A stretch of 62,948 nucleotides of DNA, filler included, from Sphacelaria rigidula (Eukaryota): NCBI GenBank assembly GCA_964200075.2. It is 5 parts of 5 records of this genome, joined end to end, with 100 filler letters (N's around TTAATTAATTAA, not from the genome) between each part and the next. Parts side by side here need not be neighbours in the genome. Positions count along the whole stretch, not along the records: positions 12,613 to 25,123 come from CAXNAA020003681.1; positions 25,224 to 37,732 come from CAXNAA020003682.1; 3 more parts are not named here. One strand, 5' to 3'. A model generated the notes under the pieces. The model was not told where the DNA came from, did no database searches, and saw only the letters and a list, made by a program, of their open reading frames with translations. Numbering within the stretch: the first letter of the stretch is position 1; the number at the start of each line of letters is the position of its first letter. Below are positions 23,001 through 36,098 of this stretch, piece by piece. The position numbers and the translations under genes are program-made.

Positions 23001-25123
23001 ATCGACCCCGACCGTGCCGCCGCTGTCAACCATGGCCGAAAACACGGCTGTGCCCCCCTCCAGTGGTGATGATATTGCAAACACCACCACAACACCCTCC
23101 ACGCTAATCGACGCAGGAGTAGACGTTAACGTTCCGTCTAAGAGTGCACCAACTGGTAGGCTCACCCTTGATTCCGAAATCACCGCTTCGTGCCAACCCC
23201 GCCCCGAATCGACCCAACACGAAGTCGACGTTTCAACAGATGGTGCATTCAAGGCACGTTCGACTCTCTTCTCCCACGCCGATTGGGCCCGAGAACAAGA
23301 GGCGGAACCTGCTTGTAAATCAGCTTTCTAGTATTTATCGAAAGGTTGTCCATGTCCATTCTCAGAAACCGAATTCCTTTTGCCAGTCGGGAATCTCAAA
23401 GCGCCCACACAGGATGAAGTTACTGAACTTTCAAGGAAAGGCATGCCACACGGATGATGATGGTATAGTTCTGCTAGTTCGCCGGCCCACAGCAGCCCTC
23501 CCCAGGGGGAAGCCTACAAGTTGACATGCCCGCCTGCTAGGTGATGAACCCGTCCGCATCTATGTCCCGATGCTACTGCGCCCATGGGTTCTACACGAAT
23601 GCCATTCACAGGCATCGACTCATTTAGGCGCCATTAGGACCTCCCAGATGTCGGAACGTTTTTATTGGTGGATTTGTATGGGTCAGTGTCGATGGTGGGT
23701 GAGGCGTTGTCTTTTGTGTCAGGCGCGAAAACCTTCTCGTCAAACAGTTCGCTGGCCGATTGTCTCCATGCCACTCCCAAACGGACCCGGTGAAGTAGTG
23801 TCGTGGGACTATTTTGGTCCTTTGACCCTGACGGATAGTGGAAATAAGTATGTTTTGTTGTTCACCGATAGATTTAGTCGACATGCGGTGATGAATGCCA
23901 TCCCCCCCAGTAGTTATACCGCGGAAGTTATCGCCAACATTCTTGCCTACATGTATATCCCGCTGTGGGGTGTGCCCAAACGCTTATTATCTGACAACGG
24001 CCCGCATTTTTCAGGTAAACTTGTTGCCGCCGTCAGTGACCTTTTGGGTGCCCATCGCATTTTTACTAGTTCATATCACCCTTCCACCAATGGTGAAACG
24101 GAACGAGTGAACCATACGATGGCACAGATGCTGTAGCAAATGAGAGACAGATGGACTGGGACCTGCACCTGCCCCTTGTCCAGATGAACTACAACAATTC
24201 AGTTAATACCGCTACGGGATTGTCGCCGAATAAAATTCATATTGGACGCATGCCTCGGTTACCTTTAACGGTATTCGAACGCAAAAATACAGGTGGACAT
24301 CAGAGTCCGGATCGTGACGTTGCAGAGTATCATTTGTCGGTTAGCAATCGTCTCCGTCTTGCATATGAAGTGGTACGAGAATAGAACCAAATCAATTTGG
24401 CCAAGGTGACCAGGGCGAACTCGATGTTGGATGATGTGGTGCATAAACGCCCGGTGTGGAAGTTAGGCCAACGGGCATGGGTGTATAACGATGTGAAGAC
24501 CATCAATCAAGGGGCTAGCTCGAAATCATCATCTTTGGATAAAGTGTTGAAGGCGAAGCTATCCTTGAATTGGACCGGTCCTCAGGAAATTTTAGCTGTT
24601 GGTCCGGGCGCTACCGCACCCGACAAGAGCCCGGTGGGAGCGGACCTTTTGTATTTAGATTTTCCCACGGATGAACCTGGTTTGAAACCGAAAAATCGAG
24701 CCTCGATGCTACGATGCAAACCGTGCATCCCCGCTCATGACTCGCCTGATATACCCAAACAATTGCCGGTAGGGCTCAGCCAGTATGTGTTGACCAAGTA
24801 TGCGATTAAAACTCCGTATCATATAACGGTCGAGGATGCGGACGCACCCCTGGAACGCGTTGTGGTAGAAAGGATTTCGGGTCATCAACTGGTTCGTGGT
24901 CTTGAAGGTAAGATAGCGGTAATGTATCAGACACATTGGAAGGGCATCATGCGTGTTACATGGGAGAGTGAGGTTGATTTGCGTCATTTTCGTCGAGAAA
25001 TATTGCTGTACTGGGTAGGAGATACCGTCCAACACCGCCCGCTGAATAAGAGATATCGGTCGATGCGCAAGGGAGCTGCCGCTCGAGAACTGGCACGTGA
25101 ACACTCAGCGCGGTTTGTTGTGA
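17004..25123 (+). mobile_element. Decayed Ty3/Gypsy retrotransposon (gag-like region, PR, RT, RNase H, IN, chromodomain-like tail); truncated by the contig end
   Basis: Protease LPDSGSPQTFI. RT PWASPLVVVRKKNGKIRLTVNYQRLN and YLDE. RNase H FRLHINSS...GCTLEQ and NANADFLSRLP. Integrase HECH...HLG...CLLC, DYFGP, SDNGPHF, NGETERVN. Tail VERISGH...YQTHWKG...TWE. Domain order PR-RT-RH-IN; many stops and frameshifts. Confidence 0.92.
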
Positions 25124-25223
25124 NNNNNNNNNNNNNNNNNNNNNNNNNNNNNNNNNNNNNNNNNNNNTTAATTAATTAANNNNNNNNNNNNNNNNNNNNN
25201 NNNNNNNNNNNNNNNNNNNNNNN
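25124..25223. other. Artificial contig linker
   Basis: N run with TTAATTAATTAA. Confidence 0.97.
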
Positions 25224-25576
25224 ACTCATTATACTAAAACCAAGTAATTTTCAGACGAATCATTATTTGTCCGACCCTTGGAAAGTTATATTAGCATGGA
25301 GAACGACAGAGGTATGCTGAATAAAAAAAATGGACCCTCATTTTGGGGGGGGAGAGAGGTTCGAGCGTTCTCGTTAAAAAATGGTCGTCACCATACTAGA
25401 ATGCCCTGAACCAGCGAAAAAAAAAAATCAAAACCAACCTGATCCATTTTTCTTGGTTCATCATGACCAAGTGAGGTCCCGCACAAAGTTTCAATACACA
25501 AACACCAAACGTGGGCCGATAAACGGTCTTCAAAATATTGTTCCGAATTTCCGCCGGCCCGGTTTTTAGAAAGCAG

Positions 25577-25837
25577 ATTCGCAATTCTTTACTTAGAGTT
25601 GAACAGTGAAATTTGGTATGGAAAATCAACAGGGCATGAAGAAAAGCTGGCTGTGGGGTCCAATTTTTTCTTTTCTTTTTTCATGAGTTGAGGGCGATAA
25701 TCAGTTTTCAGCTATCACTAAAATGCCCTTAACTCATGAAAAAAATACTTCGGGACCCCACAGACAGCTTTTATTCATGCCCTGTTGATTGTCTATACCA
25801 AATTTCACTTTCCAACTCTAAGTAAAAAAATGCGAAT
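25577..25837. repeat. Imperfect ~260-bp palindrome (MITE-like)
   Basis: TACTTAGAGTTG...GTGAAATTTGGTAT...CAACAGGGCATGAA is mirrored by TTCATGCCCTGTTG...ATACCAAATTTCAC...CAACTCTAAGTA. Confidence 0.75.
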
Positions 25838-27299
25838 TCGCCTGCAAACTACAAATCCGCCTCTAGGCTGGCCCAGCCTGTACACTCTGGAGAAAATATG
25901 AGTCAAGAAGTCTACTGCGTTCAGTATAGAATCCATTGTGCATTGCAGTAGACGCAACATTCGATATAATGAAACAATAGAAGATAGGCGGTCAAGGAAA
26001 CAGAAGAGGAAAAGCCCCCACCCGAGTTGGTCGAGGTGTGATGAAACACATAAATCACATCTGCCAATGATGTGAAGTAAAGGAATGAAGTGGATGAGAA
26101 GCTTTCAATGGACCTTTTCGTTTTTCTTGCGCTTCCTTGAGGCTTTTTCTCAACACCGTGTTTTTCTGCACACTGCACACTGCGCACTGCATACTGCACA
26201 CGGGATAAAGTTGTTCGTGTTGGCTAACCTTGTGTTTGTCATGTGACAAGCGCACTTTCTCTTTCTATTTCTCTTGAGCTACCGTTTTGCCCTTTTTTCT
26301 TCACAATCTTTTCTTTTTTTCTTACTCCTTTAGTTGAGGATTAAGATCGATATGAATCGCACATTCACTTCTTTTTTTTTCAAGGGAAATTATGCTTCGT
26401 CAACAACATTGTCGGTCGGAGAGTTATGTTCCAAAGACTTGAACTCTAGCATGTGAATCCAAGGTACATTTCGCTCCGGGTTCCTGTCAGTGAGCACCGA
26501 AACCATTCTCAGGGAACAGGGAGAAATCAACAAGTGTATCCTATCCTGTAGTGCCCCATTGTAACCATTGTAACCCGTGGGGGGACCTTGGTTCTTCCCG
26601 CTTTTTATCGATTTTGGACGCAGTAAATAACGCTCCCGCACCATTGCTCACCCTTCATTCACATGGATTGATAGTTCAGAAAATTGCGTGCATACCGTGC
26701 CAGATTTCTTTTTTCTATTATGTTCCTCTGTGCACTGTGCACTGTGCACTGTGCACTTTAGAGTGTAGACGGGATAAATCCTCCTTGTGCTTTCGAAAAT
26801 TATTATTTGTCATGCGACGAGAGCCGTTTCTGTCCACCTTTTCTTGGGCGCCTTGATTGGACTTTTGACTGGACGTTTCCTTATTCAAATTTTCTTACGC
26901 TTTCGATCAGGCGTCTTGTGTGCATGCGGATTCTTTTCGTCAGGCCCCGTATCTTGAGCTCCACCTTTCTGGTATATTCAACAGTGAGTAAATTACTGCC
27001 AAGTATGCCAGGAACCTCGAGTTTGATATACCTCTACCGAAAAGAGAAAAATAAAGGAGAACGACATTACCATGATAAAAATGGATCATGACACACGAGA
27101 AGTTCCCACCCGAGTAGTTTGTGCTTTCAGCTTGAGGGCTTGGCTGTCTATTACGCTCTGAATTACATACAAAAAAAATTGAGAGGCGCTCGGCAAGACG
27201 CAGATAAAGGGACCGCAGCCGAAACCATAAGTTTAACGCTATCTTACTTGTTGGATTCGATCGTGCATTTGGCATCGGGCATTATTTGCTTTCTTCCAG

Positions 27300-27401
27300 G
27301 CGCGTCTTCTGCTGAAGAGCGTGACTTCTACTAACCCCAAGCACGGGCCAGGGTGGATTGCCGCTGCACGAGTGGAGGAGTACGCGGGGAAAATTGTCCA
27401 G
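27300..27401 (+). CDS. PRPF6: Pre-mRNA-processing factor 6, first visible internal exon
   Basis: [34 protein letters not shown], the hallmark Prp6 sequence; AG/GT boundaries. Confidence 0.95.
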
Positions 27402-27628
27402 GTAAAAAGTGACATGAGGAACATTGATGCGCATGTCACGTGGTGTGATGTGGTTCGCGGTTACCTTGCCCTCAACTTTGTCTTGGTCATTTTCCAACTG
27501 TTAAAGTCATGTGCGTTTTGCTCTATTTTCCAAGTGATTTGGGTCTTTGTCATTTTGCAAGTCAACTAATATCGATTCAACAGATGGATGGGTCGAGCGT
27601 ATGTGTGTATTTGTGAGTGTGTGTTTAC

Positions 27629-27659
<31 letters not shown>

Positions 27660-27937
27660 ACTGGCAATGATTTTTACTGGTTGCGAATGGAACGAATTAC
27701 TAGGGTGCGTTTTTTCCTGAGTTCCGGTGAAATGCTCCCAGGGTGATCGCCGACCCATGCACGTCGTGTTTTCTTCTCATGTACTACCATGAAGATCCCC
27801 CCAGATGAAGAATATGATCAACGACGAAGAAGTTCATAAAGTTAATTAATGGCACCACTCGCTTTTTATTGTGTTTGTTTTTTTTCACGTTTGTGCTGCC
27901 TTTTATGTGGTCGGAAAAAAATGTATATAACGGGCAG

Positions 27938-28126
27938 GCGCGTAAGACCATCAAGGCAGGGTGTGAAGCCTGCCCAGACAATGAAGACGTGTGGCTAGAG
28001 GGTGCCCGGCTGCAGACGCCTGAAAACGCCAAGACCGTTCTGGCGAACGCGGTGAGAAACCTTCCTACAAGCGTCAAGATATGGCTTAGAGCGGCGGAAC
28101 TGGAGTCGTCTAATTCAGCAAAGAAG
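27938..28126 (+). CDS. PRPF6: PRPF6 exon
   Basis: [25 protein letters not shown]...[19 protein letters not shown]; phase 0/0. Confidence 0.95.
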
Positions 28127-30274
28127 GTGTGTTAAAACATCGTTTGTGTGCACACGTAGGGCAGCTCATGAACTACGTGAAATGATTAATCGAAAAGGAC
28201 GCTCACTTCAGTTAGTTGTCCAAAAACACAAGATACGTGGACAGCAGGGTCTGAGTAGCCGAAGCGCTACCTTTGAGCTACTCCGCCTGCTCGGCGTCAA
28301 GTGCTGTTGGGAGGAACTTTGGAAAAAGGGGGCCGAATGAGCTATTCATAGGTCATGATCCCGATCAGTACGCTAACAGGAAGTAGTATTTAGGTAGCTC
28401 ATGAGTGTATTTGTTTGTGTGTATATGTGTACATATATTGAGGATTGATTGGTCGTCACACGTTAACGTTAAATGATCTCTGAGGGACCCAGTCGTAGTC
28501 ATTATCCGCTAGTCATTATCCACAATATAGGCGTATGTACCCAGGGTAAACAAAGCGGGAACGCTCGCTAAAAATGAAGGAAAAGTGGAGGAAAACAAGT
28601 GGATAGAACAACAACGGAGTAAAATGAGGAACAAAAAAAGCAAAAACGAAAAACAAGAACAACACACAAAATCAGACATATATATATATATATATGTACA
28701 GATATACATACATTTCCAGCTCTTTTTTTTTTCCTCTCGTGATATTCTTAGCCCCTCCCCTTCCTCGGGACTTTGTCTGTCGTTCGTGTGAAGGGATCAA
28801 TCTATCTCTCTCCGGGATGAAGAGTCTCCCTCACATTTTTGGTATCGAGGGCTGGATCATGACATCATGAATGTGATCACTCCCGCACTCCGCGCACCGA
28901 TTGTGGTAGAATTTTCTTCAATCCTGACTTCCTCACGCTTCAAACTACGTGAACTGGATCATTTCCTGCTCTAGTGCTCTAGTGCTCTAGTGATCTAGTG
29001 CTCTACACCACCCTAGTATCTGCCAGACTTCGAACCCCAACCTTCTGGCGTGGTCGGGTGATGATTATCATTTCACCATTTTAATTTAGACTACGAGGCA
29101 CGGCGACTTGTTGCAAAAAAGTATTTAGCACTCTCCTTTTTCGTTGTTCGTACACATTGATTCATTGATTGTTTGATTGTTACACATCAAGTGATTCCCG
29201 ACGGACCCAGCCGTTGTCATTATGGTCATTATCCACTAGATAGATGTACCCAAGCTACTAGTACTAGTAAACATCACGGAAACGCTCGCTGGAGGACAGG
29301 AGAAATGGAAAAGAAACACAATAATATTAAATAAAGAGACAAAAGGAGTAACTGGGAAACCAAAACATAAAAATAAAGCAAGCAGGAAGGGAAAAAGCGC
29401 TCGTAATTATCTTGGGGGTAGATATTGGGCGAAGGCATGGTTGAAGCCGACAAGGTCGTGTTGGAACTCCAGCGAGAGTAGAAAATGTCAAGTTACCCCT
29501 CTCACATATGCACACTGCGTTGTACCCTCCCTGTTCTACAGTGCTGTTATACAGACTGTATGGCTCAACTATCAGGTGTTGTTTGTACCCATGATTCCTA
29601 CCGTCGACGCCAAATGAGAGCACTGTGCTCCCACGGAAGACTAGCTATCGTGGATGCTATGGGTCGGTAGTTTTGTAAGGAGAGGTGACGTCTCTCGTTG
29701 GAGTTTAGACATCTATTATGGCAAGCTGTTTGTCGTGGGAAATGATCCACGTGGATGTTGTCTGGGAGATTGGAATGAGGAACCCCAGGGCCGTCAAGAA
29801 CGTGCTCTCCGCTGTGATACCACATGCAAGCCCGCTCACGCTCGTTTTTTTTCCTCGTGTAGGCTAACTGGTGGTATGTGCGGCGCAGGTTCCGCAGCAT
29901 TTTTATCATCTCTTTCTTGTTTTATCTTGATCCAATAACGAAAAAAAATATTATTTGACGACGGCGTGTTCAGGGGTGAATGTTTCACGTGTGTACTGCA
30001 CACGTATATATGCTGATGCTGATGCTGCTCTTGTACATGAAAACCGAAGTCACAGAGGAGCGCAGTGCCATGGACGTATGGAAACACATAGAATATACTT
30101 GTTCGTTCGAGCGAGGAATAGGGCGTGTGCCCCGATGTTGTTTTTAATCCCTAGAAACTGATTATATCGATGCTACCCCGTTTTCCTCGTGTGCCCTTGT
30201 GATAATTACCCCCGTGGTTGCCCTCCTAATCCTGGTTCGCGATATGTTGAAAAATATATGTACACATGGGAAAG

Positions 30275-30469
30275 GTTGTTTTGAGGCGAGCTTTGGAGTT
30301 CGTTCCCAACTCCGTGAAACTGTGGAAGACTGCCATCGAGCTGGAAGGGGTGGAAGACGCCCTCATCATGCTGGGTAGGGCCGTGGAGTGTGTCCCGCAC
30401 AGCGTTGACATGTGGCTGGCGCTGGCCCGGCTGGAGACGTACGAAAATGCGCAGAAAGTTCTCAACAGG
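30275..30469 (+). CDS. PRPF6: PRPF6 exon
   Basis: [24 protein letters not shown]...[25 protein letters not shown] repeats. Confidence 0.95.
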
Positions 30470-30727
30470 GTGAGTGAGCCAGGTGGTTATTTTTGATTTT
30501 TCTGTTCCTGCTTCTCTTTTTTTTCTTTTGCCGGCGGTGAAGGATGCTAGTACTAGTACGTACTAGTAGTACTACTAGTAGTAGTGGGTCCGTTGGATAA
30601 TGGGGCGTTATAGTGCCGGTTGTTCCTATCGCGTGGAGATTTTTGCAAAGTCGTGCGTGTAAGTACTTGAGCCTTTTCCTACATCACGTGGATTATGCGA
30701 CAATGTGCACCCCTCCCCCTTCTCCTC

Positions 30728-31031
30728 ATGGTAAGACACCCATGAGGCAGTATGTGACCCGTGATTGTCTCTGAAAGTGGCGATACCAGAAAATGAAGTA
30801 ACCCGTTGGAGGCTGTCACCCAAATGCAAGATAGACAGTACGCTTAGGCCGAGCATTCTTGGCAGGATGCAGTCACCCTTCATGCGACTCGCCATCACGG
30901 CGCTTCGCGCTTTGGTGATTGACTGCAAGCCTGGTCCGGCGAAAGCTCGGCGTTCTCCGTCTCCGTCTCGGCTCTGTAGGGATGCAAGGCCAACGGTCAT
31001 ATGACATGCAAGATCATGAGTACCCCCCCCC
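30728..31031 (+). repeat. Dispersed ~300-bp repeat (SINE or LINE-3'-end-like); second copy at 61130-61421
   Basis: ATGGTRAGAC.CCCATGAGGCAGT...GCAAGATCATGAGTAC.CCC is shared by both loci. Confidence 0.75.
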
Positions 31032-31169
31032 ATTGAGTACACCCTCCCCCTCTCGTCATGAAGAATTAAGACGATGAGTGTCTGCGTCATATATCATGCG
31101 AAAAGGTTCGACATGGACTCACATAAAAGCCCGTGCTTCGATTTTGTTGCTTATCGTGTTTGTCTCCAG

Positions 31170-31298
31170 GCACGCGAGGCCATTCCTACGGAGCCTGCGA
31201 TCTGGATCACCGCCAGTAAGCTGGAGGAAGCCCAAGGTCACGCACACAAGGTGGACTTGATCATCGAGAAGGCCATTTCCTCCATGCGACAGTTCCAG
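31170..31298 (+). CDS. PRPF6: PRPF6 exon
   Basis: AREAIPTEPAIWITASKLEEAQG...SMRQFQ. Confidence 0.95.
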
Positions 31299-31790
31299 GT
31301 GACCGATCATCTTGGCCCAGTGTCTGTGTGCTCGTCCCCACGACTCAACTTCTTGTTGTCGTTGATTGTGATTTCTCGTGTGTGTGTGTGTGTGTGTGAA
31401 TGGGAGTGTTTTCTTATTTGTTGGAAAGTCCTGTACGCGAAAACGTATGCTTTCGCGCGAGTTGTCATTTTCCAGCAGTTATTTGTTTTTTGTTTTCCCT
31501 CTAACGCCTTTTTTTTTCTTCTTCTGATCCTTTTCAAGATCATGTGTCTCACATTCATGTTCAGTCGCTGAATCGACTGACTTGACGGAGAGCAATGCGG
31601 TAGTGCAGTCGTGACAGTTTTCCTTACATTCGGGGAAATTGCGACAGTTGGTGTAAAGCGACGGAATTTTCCGCTTCACTCTGTTCTGCCCGGTGATATG
31701 GACTGCAGTTGTCGCAATTATCGCGATTTACAAAGATGGTATTCACGACTATACACTTGCTTTCTTGTTGATGGTTTTCGATCCATTCAG

Positions 31791-31918
31791 GTGGTGATTG
31801 ACAGGGAGCAGTGGATCAAAGAGGCGGAGGAAGCAGAGAAGGCTGGTGCGCCATTAACGTGCGGTGCGATTGTGAGGGCAACCGTCCACATTGGCGTAGA
31901 GGAGGAAGACAGAAAAAG
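31791..31918 (+). CDS. PRPF6: PRPF6 exon
   Basis: VVIDREQWIKEAEEAEKAGAPLTCGAIVRATVHIGVEEEDRK(R); ends in phase 2. Confidence 0.95.
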
Positions 31919-32159
31919 GTACACACGGAGTGAAATGAAGATACACACGGAACTGTTCGCGGATACGTGGAAGGGTACATGAGGGCAAAAAAAGGAACTG
32001 TTTGGCGTAGACGTGAAAAATGTATATTTGGGTCACAAGTCAGCCAACAAGGAAGCGTTGGTGTAGGCAGGAAATGAGGGCACACAACTATCTTCTCGGA
32101 GTCAAGCAGCACATGCTTTTGAGGTCGTGTTCTGTAGTGGACGGTTTTTTGTGTACCTA

Positions 32160-32870
32160 GGGGATTCACCCGGGTATCACCCGTACGCGAAAGCTCTGTG
32201 AGGTCGGTAAGCATTTTGAACCTGTATCCGACAGTTCTATGAGATCCGTACGAAGTGTACACCCTCACCCGGGGTACGGGTATACCCTGGTGGAAATACC
32301 CGCTCGCGGGTGAGAGTTTTTTCACGACCTCAATACCGTATTAGACAGATCCTGTAAGTTCTGTAAGACGTCCATATCGGTACCCGACAGCTCTGTAAGT
32401 AGTCTCATACCCTACCGAACATATACCCATGCCCTACGGAAGACAGCCTTGGATTTTTTTCCTCTTCAACCGTTCTGAGGGGAATCCTGGGGGGGGGCAA
32501 GACGAACACCAAACTCAAACCCGACTATCCATAAGAACCATCATGTGTCTGAGTATGCTTCCGGAATTCAAGATTATGTTCTGTAGGGTACGACTCGTTG
32601 TAAACCCAGGTATTAACCCAGGTATTTACCCGGGTATTACTCGTACCCGACAGTTCTGTACGATTTGTACGAAATGTTTACCCTCACCCGGGGCACGGGC
32701 ACACCCTTGTAGAAATACCCGGTTGCGGGTAAGGGTACCTGTACAACTTTCACGCCGCACCCGACTTGTTTCGTAAGCTCGGTAAGACTTCCATACCCGT
32801 GCCCGACAGTTCTGTGGGTTCTGTAGAAAATTACTTACGCTACCGAGCATACCCGTACCTTACAGAACAC
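32160..32870. repeat. Complex intronic repeat built from TACCCG/CGGGTA and ACAGTTCTGT modules
   Basis: Recurrent TACCCGACAGTTCTGT and ACCCTCACCCGGGG motifs in direct and inverted orientation. Confidence 0.7.
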
Positions 32871-33510
32871 AACCTTGCATACTTTGTTTGGACAGAACAG
32901 GGTACGTAGGGTAAGATAGTGCATGACAGCATGGTGTTGAAGACAGAAAAATATACATTTCTCTCAAGTGAAGACGTGGATTTACTGGTAAAAAAAAGTG
33001 TCGTGCAAGAGCAAGGTAACTGTTGATGAGCGCCACACTCGGGATCTTGAAGATTTTCATGCATAGCAACCCGTATCCGCCCACTGTTCTGTCGCACAGG
33101 TTGACTTGAATCTCTGGTGCTTGTTACCGGTTTTTTGTTTACATTTCACGCTCTTGGTTATTCCGCGTTTTAGCTCGTGAGGTAGAACGTAGGGTTCCGT
33201 CCACACGTCGGAAAGCCCATGAGCTACCTGAAAATTACTTGGTATTAGTGTACTGATCCGGATCATGAGCTAGCTACTTTGGCCCCTGTTCCCATATTTG
33301 CTTCCGACAGCGCTCGGATCTGAGTACGCGGGGTACCGCAAAAGTTGCGCTTTCGCTTCTCTGATCCCGCGGTCACGTATTATGTGGTTTTGGACTAACG
33401 GATCTGAGGGTCCCGTTTGATTCGATAGTTTGGTGTAGGTAGCTTTGTAAGGTTCTTCCATTCTCTCTGGTGACCTTTTCCCCATTTTTTCTCGGTTGTT
33501 TTTTGTGCAG

Positions 33511-33673
33511 GACTTGGATGGACGATGCGGAGGCGTCTCTGAACAGAGGAGGCATAGAAACGGCACGTGCCATCTATGCGCACGCGCTCGGACACTTCAG
33601 GACCAAGAAGGGTGTATGGATGAGAGCTTGCGCTCTGGAGAAGAAGTACGGCACACGGGAGTCGCTAGAGCAG
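33511..33673 (+). CDS. PRPF6: PRPF6 exon
   Basis: TWMDDAEASLNRGGIETARAIYAHAL...GTRESLEQ; its phase-2 start matches the previous exon. Confidence 0.95.
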
Positions 33674-35125
33674 GTGACGAGAAAGCCGATAGAACGTCTG
33701 CGGCGTGAAAGTTGAAGGACGCGTGTTGTTGAGTTTTTCTTTCTGTCTTTAAGTGTTGTCTGGTTTTCGATGGGCGTGTGATTGTCGTCACAAGTTTGGC
33801 CCGGAACGAGGTATGGTGGATGGGAAGGTGAGTTGTGCGACTTTTTTTTCTCTCCTTCGGTGGCACTTGTAACCTTAATCCCTCGTATTCCTAGGGATGA
33901 GTCGGTGGTATCAGGAGATTGGATCATGACTATCACCACTCCCGCACCGCATCGACTCTCGTGAAACAAAATCATTATCAGTCCAACGAACTCTTTTTGC
34001 TAGTCACGTCCTCACGTACCTCCTCACGTACGTTCGTTCTCACCATTTTAAAGACGTCAAATACGGTAATCAGAGACTTGATGAAAATGTGAATCCTCGA
34101 GTACGAGCGTGTTTGATTGCATATTACCCAGGTATCCTCTTATTTCGGGCAACAGTTTACCCCTCGCTCTCCTTACTTGAACATAATGGCTCCCTTTTTT
34201 CATTTACTTTCCCGTCGTTGCTGTGCTGTTTAGTCAGTCTCCGAGAATTGCCACAGTAGTGCAGGTTGCAGGTTGGAACGCATGGTTGTGTTTGGTCGTG
34301 TCATGACGTGTTTTGGTAAAAATGGCCTAGGGGTCGTGGAAGGGTAAATCGGTGTTCTCTTTGACTGTTTGACTAGAGAGGGGCTCTGACTATGGTGCTT
34401 GCGATCCGCCTCTCAGGCACTGCTTTTACTTTTCCCCATGTGCGCTTGTGTTGACACCAGGGTCGAGATGCTTGGGGTGTTGTTTTTGCTCTTTCTGCTC
34501 TATTTATATACCAGTGTGTTCGGGTGAAATGAGAACATATTGCGAAAAGTTAAGACTTGACAGTTCTGGTCAAGCGTATGATATAGTACCGTCGTGCCGA
34601 CCGGTATGTTCACGTCTTGAGTATTTGTTTACCTTTCTGGGTCTTCTTTCCTGCCGGCGACTCGTGGTGAAGAGTTTTCGTCTGCAGTAGGCAGCAGGCT
34701 ACATATGTATACAATCGTGTTCACATCGGGATTGCGTGCATAGCGCGGTTTATTGCAGTCATAGTATGCCCAGTAGGTGTTTCCAAGTGCAATCGCTACT
34801 TAGGTTTTGTCTCGTGTCGTGTACCCGGCTCTGCTTAGATTTCTCACATCTACGCACGTTTATTTTTCTTTTGGAGTCGACTCGTGTTTTTTTTTTTCTT
34901 CTCTTTCTCGTCCGCAGAGTTGGAAGTGGTGAAATGACAGACAAATCACGCATTGCCAGAATATTTTCTCGAAGATATCCAGCACAGCACGATACCCCGA
35001 GGGAGGGGATTTTGCGCATGTGTCTAACCCGACTTTTTTTTCTCATGTATCACGCTTCCCCTTTCTCGACCATGTTAACGATATCTTACCTGATCATCTC
35101 GCTCTTGTGTCGTTCCTGCTCTCAG

Positions 35126-35269
35126 ATGCTGAAAAAGGCTGTCACGCACTGTCCCCGTGCTGAGATGCTGTGGCTCATGGCTGCCAAAGAGATGTGGCTC
35201 GCTCACGATGTGGACGGTGCGAGGACAATTCTGTCGGAAGCCTTCTTGGCCAATCCGGACAGCGAGCAG
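35126..35269 (+). CDS. PRPF6: PRPF6 exon
   Basis: MLKKAVTHCPRAEMLWLMAAKEMWLAHDVDGARTILSEAFLANPDSEQ. Confidence 0.95.
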
Positions 35270-35935
35270 GTCAGCCAGCGCTGTTTTGTTCGATTTTTTC
35301 CGACACGTTGTTTCTTCGCCACATAGAATGAAGTGTTTCTGTAGTGGTCAGCCTGAAAACAGAACTTTTTTTATTCACAGTGATTTTTCGGGTTTTTCGG
35401 TTACCACGACTCTTATCATCACGGTTTCTATTTGATTCCAAACTTTGAGAATCAAAAGACATGAGTACTCCACACGAGTTTCGAGAATATATATATATAT
35501 ATATATATATATAATCTAGGAGCATTTTGAACGAGATGCGGGTTCACCGGTCTTTGGGTGTCCTACAAGTGAACATACAGCCCCCGGTTATTGCTCTCCG
35601 ATATTATCGCTCGACCGAACCGATCCAGATGGTTATATTGTAAGGTAATCAATAATTCAACAATATTATGTCTTCAACTTTTCTATTTTGTCCGTATTCA
35701 TTGCGCTATAGCCGAAAAAACGTTTTTTTTTTTGCCGCATGTGGTCAATAACACCCCCTCGATAAAAGGGGTTTTACTCCGTACTGTTCCCGCAACACAA
35801 AGTTGGGGGAAACGTGTCCCGAGCAAGAATTGCTTCATTTTCCGACGCCTACTGACCCTCAAACTCTCGAGTGAAGGGCACAAATCGTCTGTGAACGAAT
35901 CCCGATTGAGTGAATACCACATTTGAAGTATGATT

Positions 35936-36098
35936 AACCATTTTGGGACCGGATTCCCAGAAACATGTGGTTTGCACGCAGGGGCCTTTTGTGAATCGAC
36001 GTCATTTTCATTCGTTTTCAAGTGAAAATGATATCGGTTCACGGAAAAGCACCTGCGTGTAAACCACATGTTTCTGGGAGTCCGGTCCCAAAAGGGTT
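35936..36098. repeat. ~160-bp hairpin (MITE-like) in a PRPF6 intron
   Basis: TTTTGGGACCGGATTCCCAGAAACATGTGGTTT is mirrored by AAACCACATGTTTCTGGGAGTCCGGTCCCAAAA. Confidence 0.8.
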
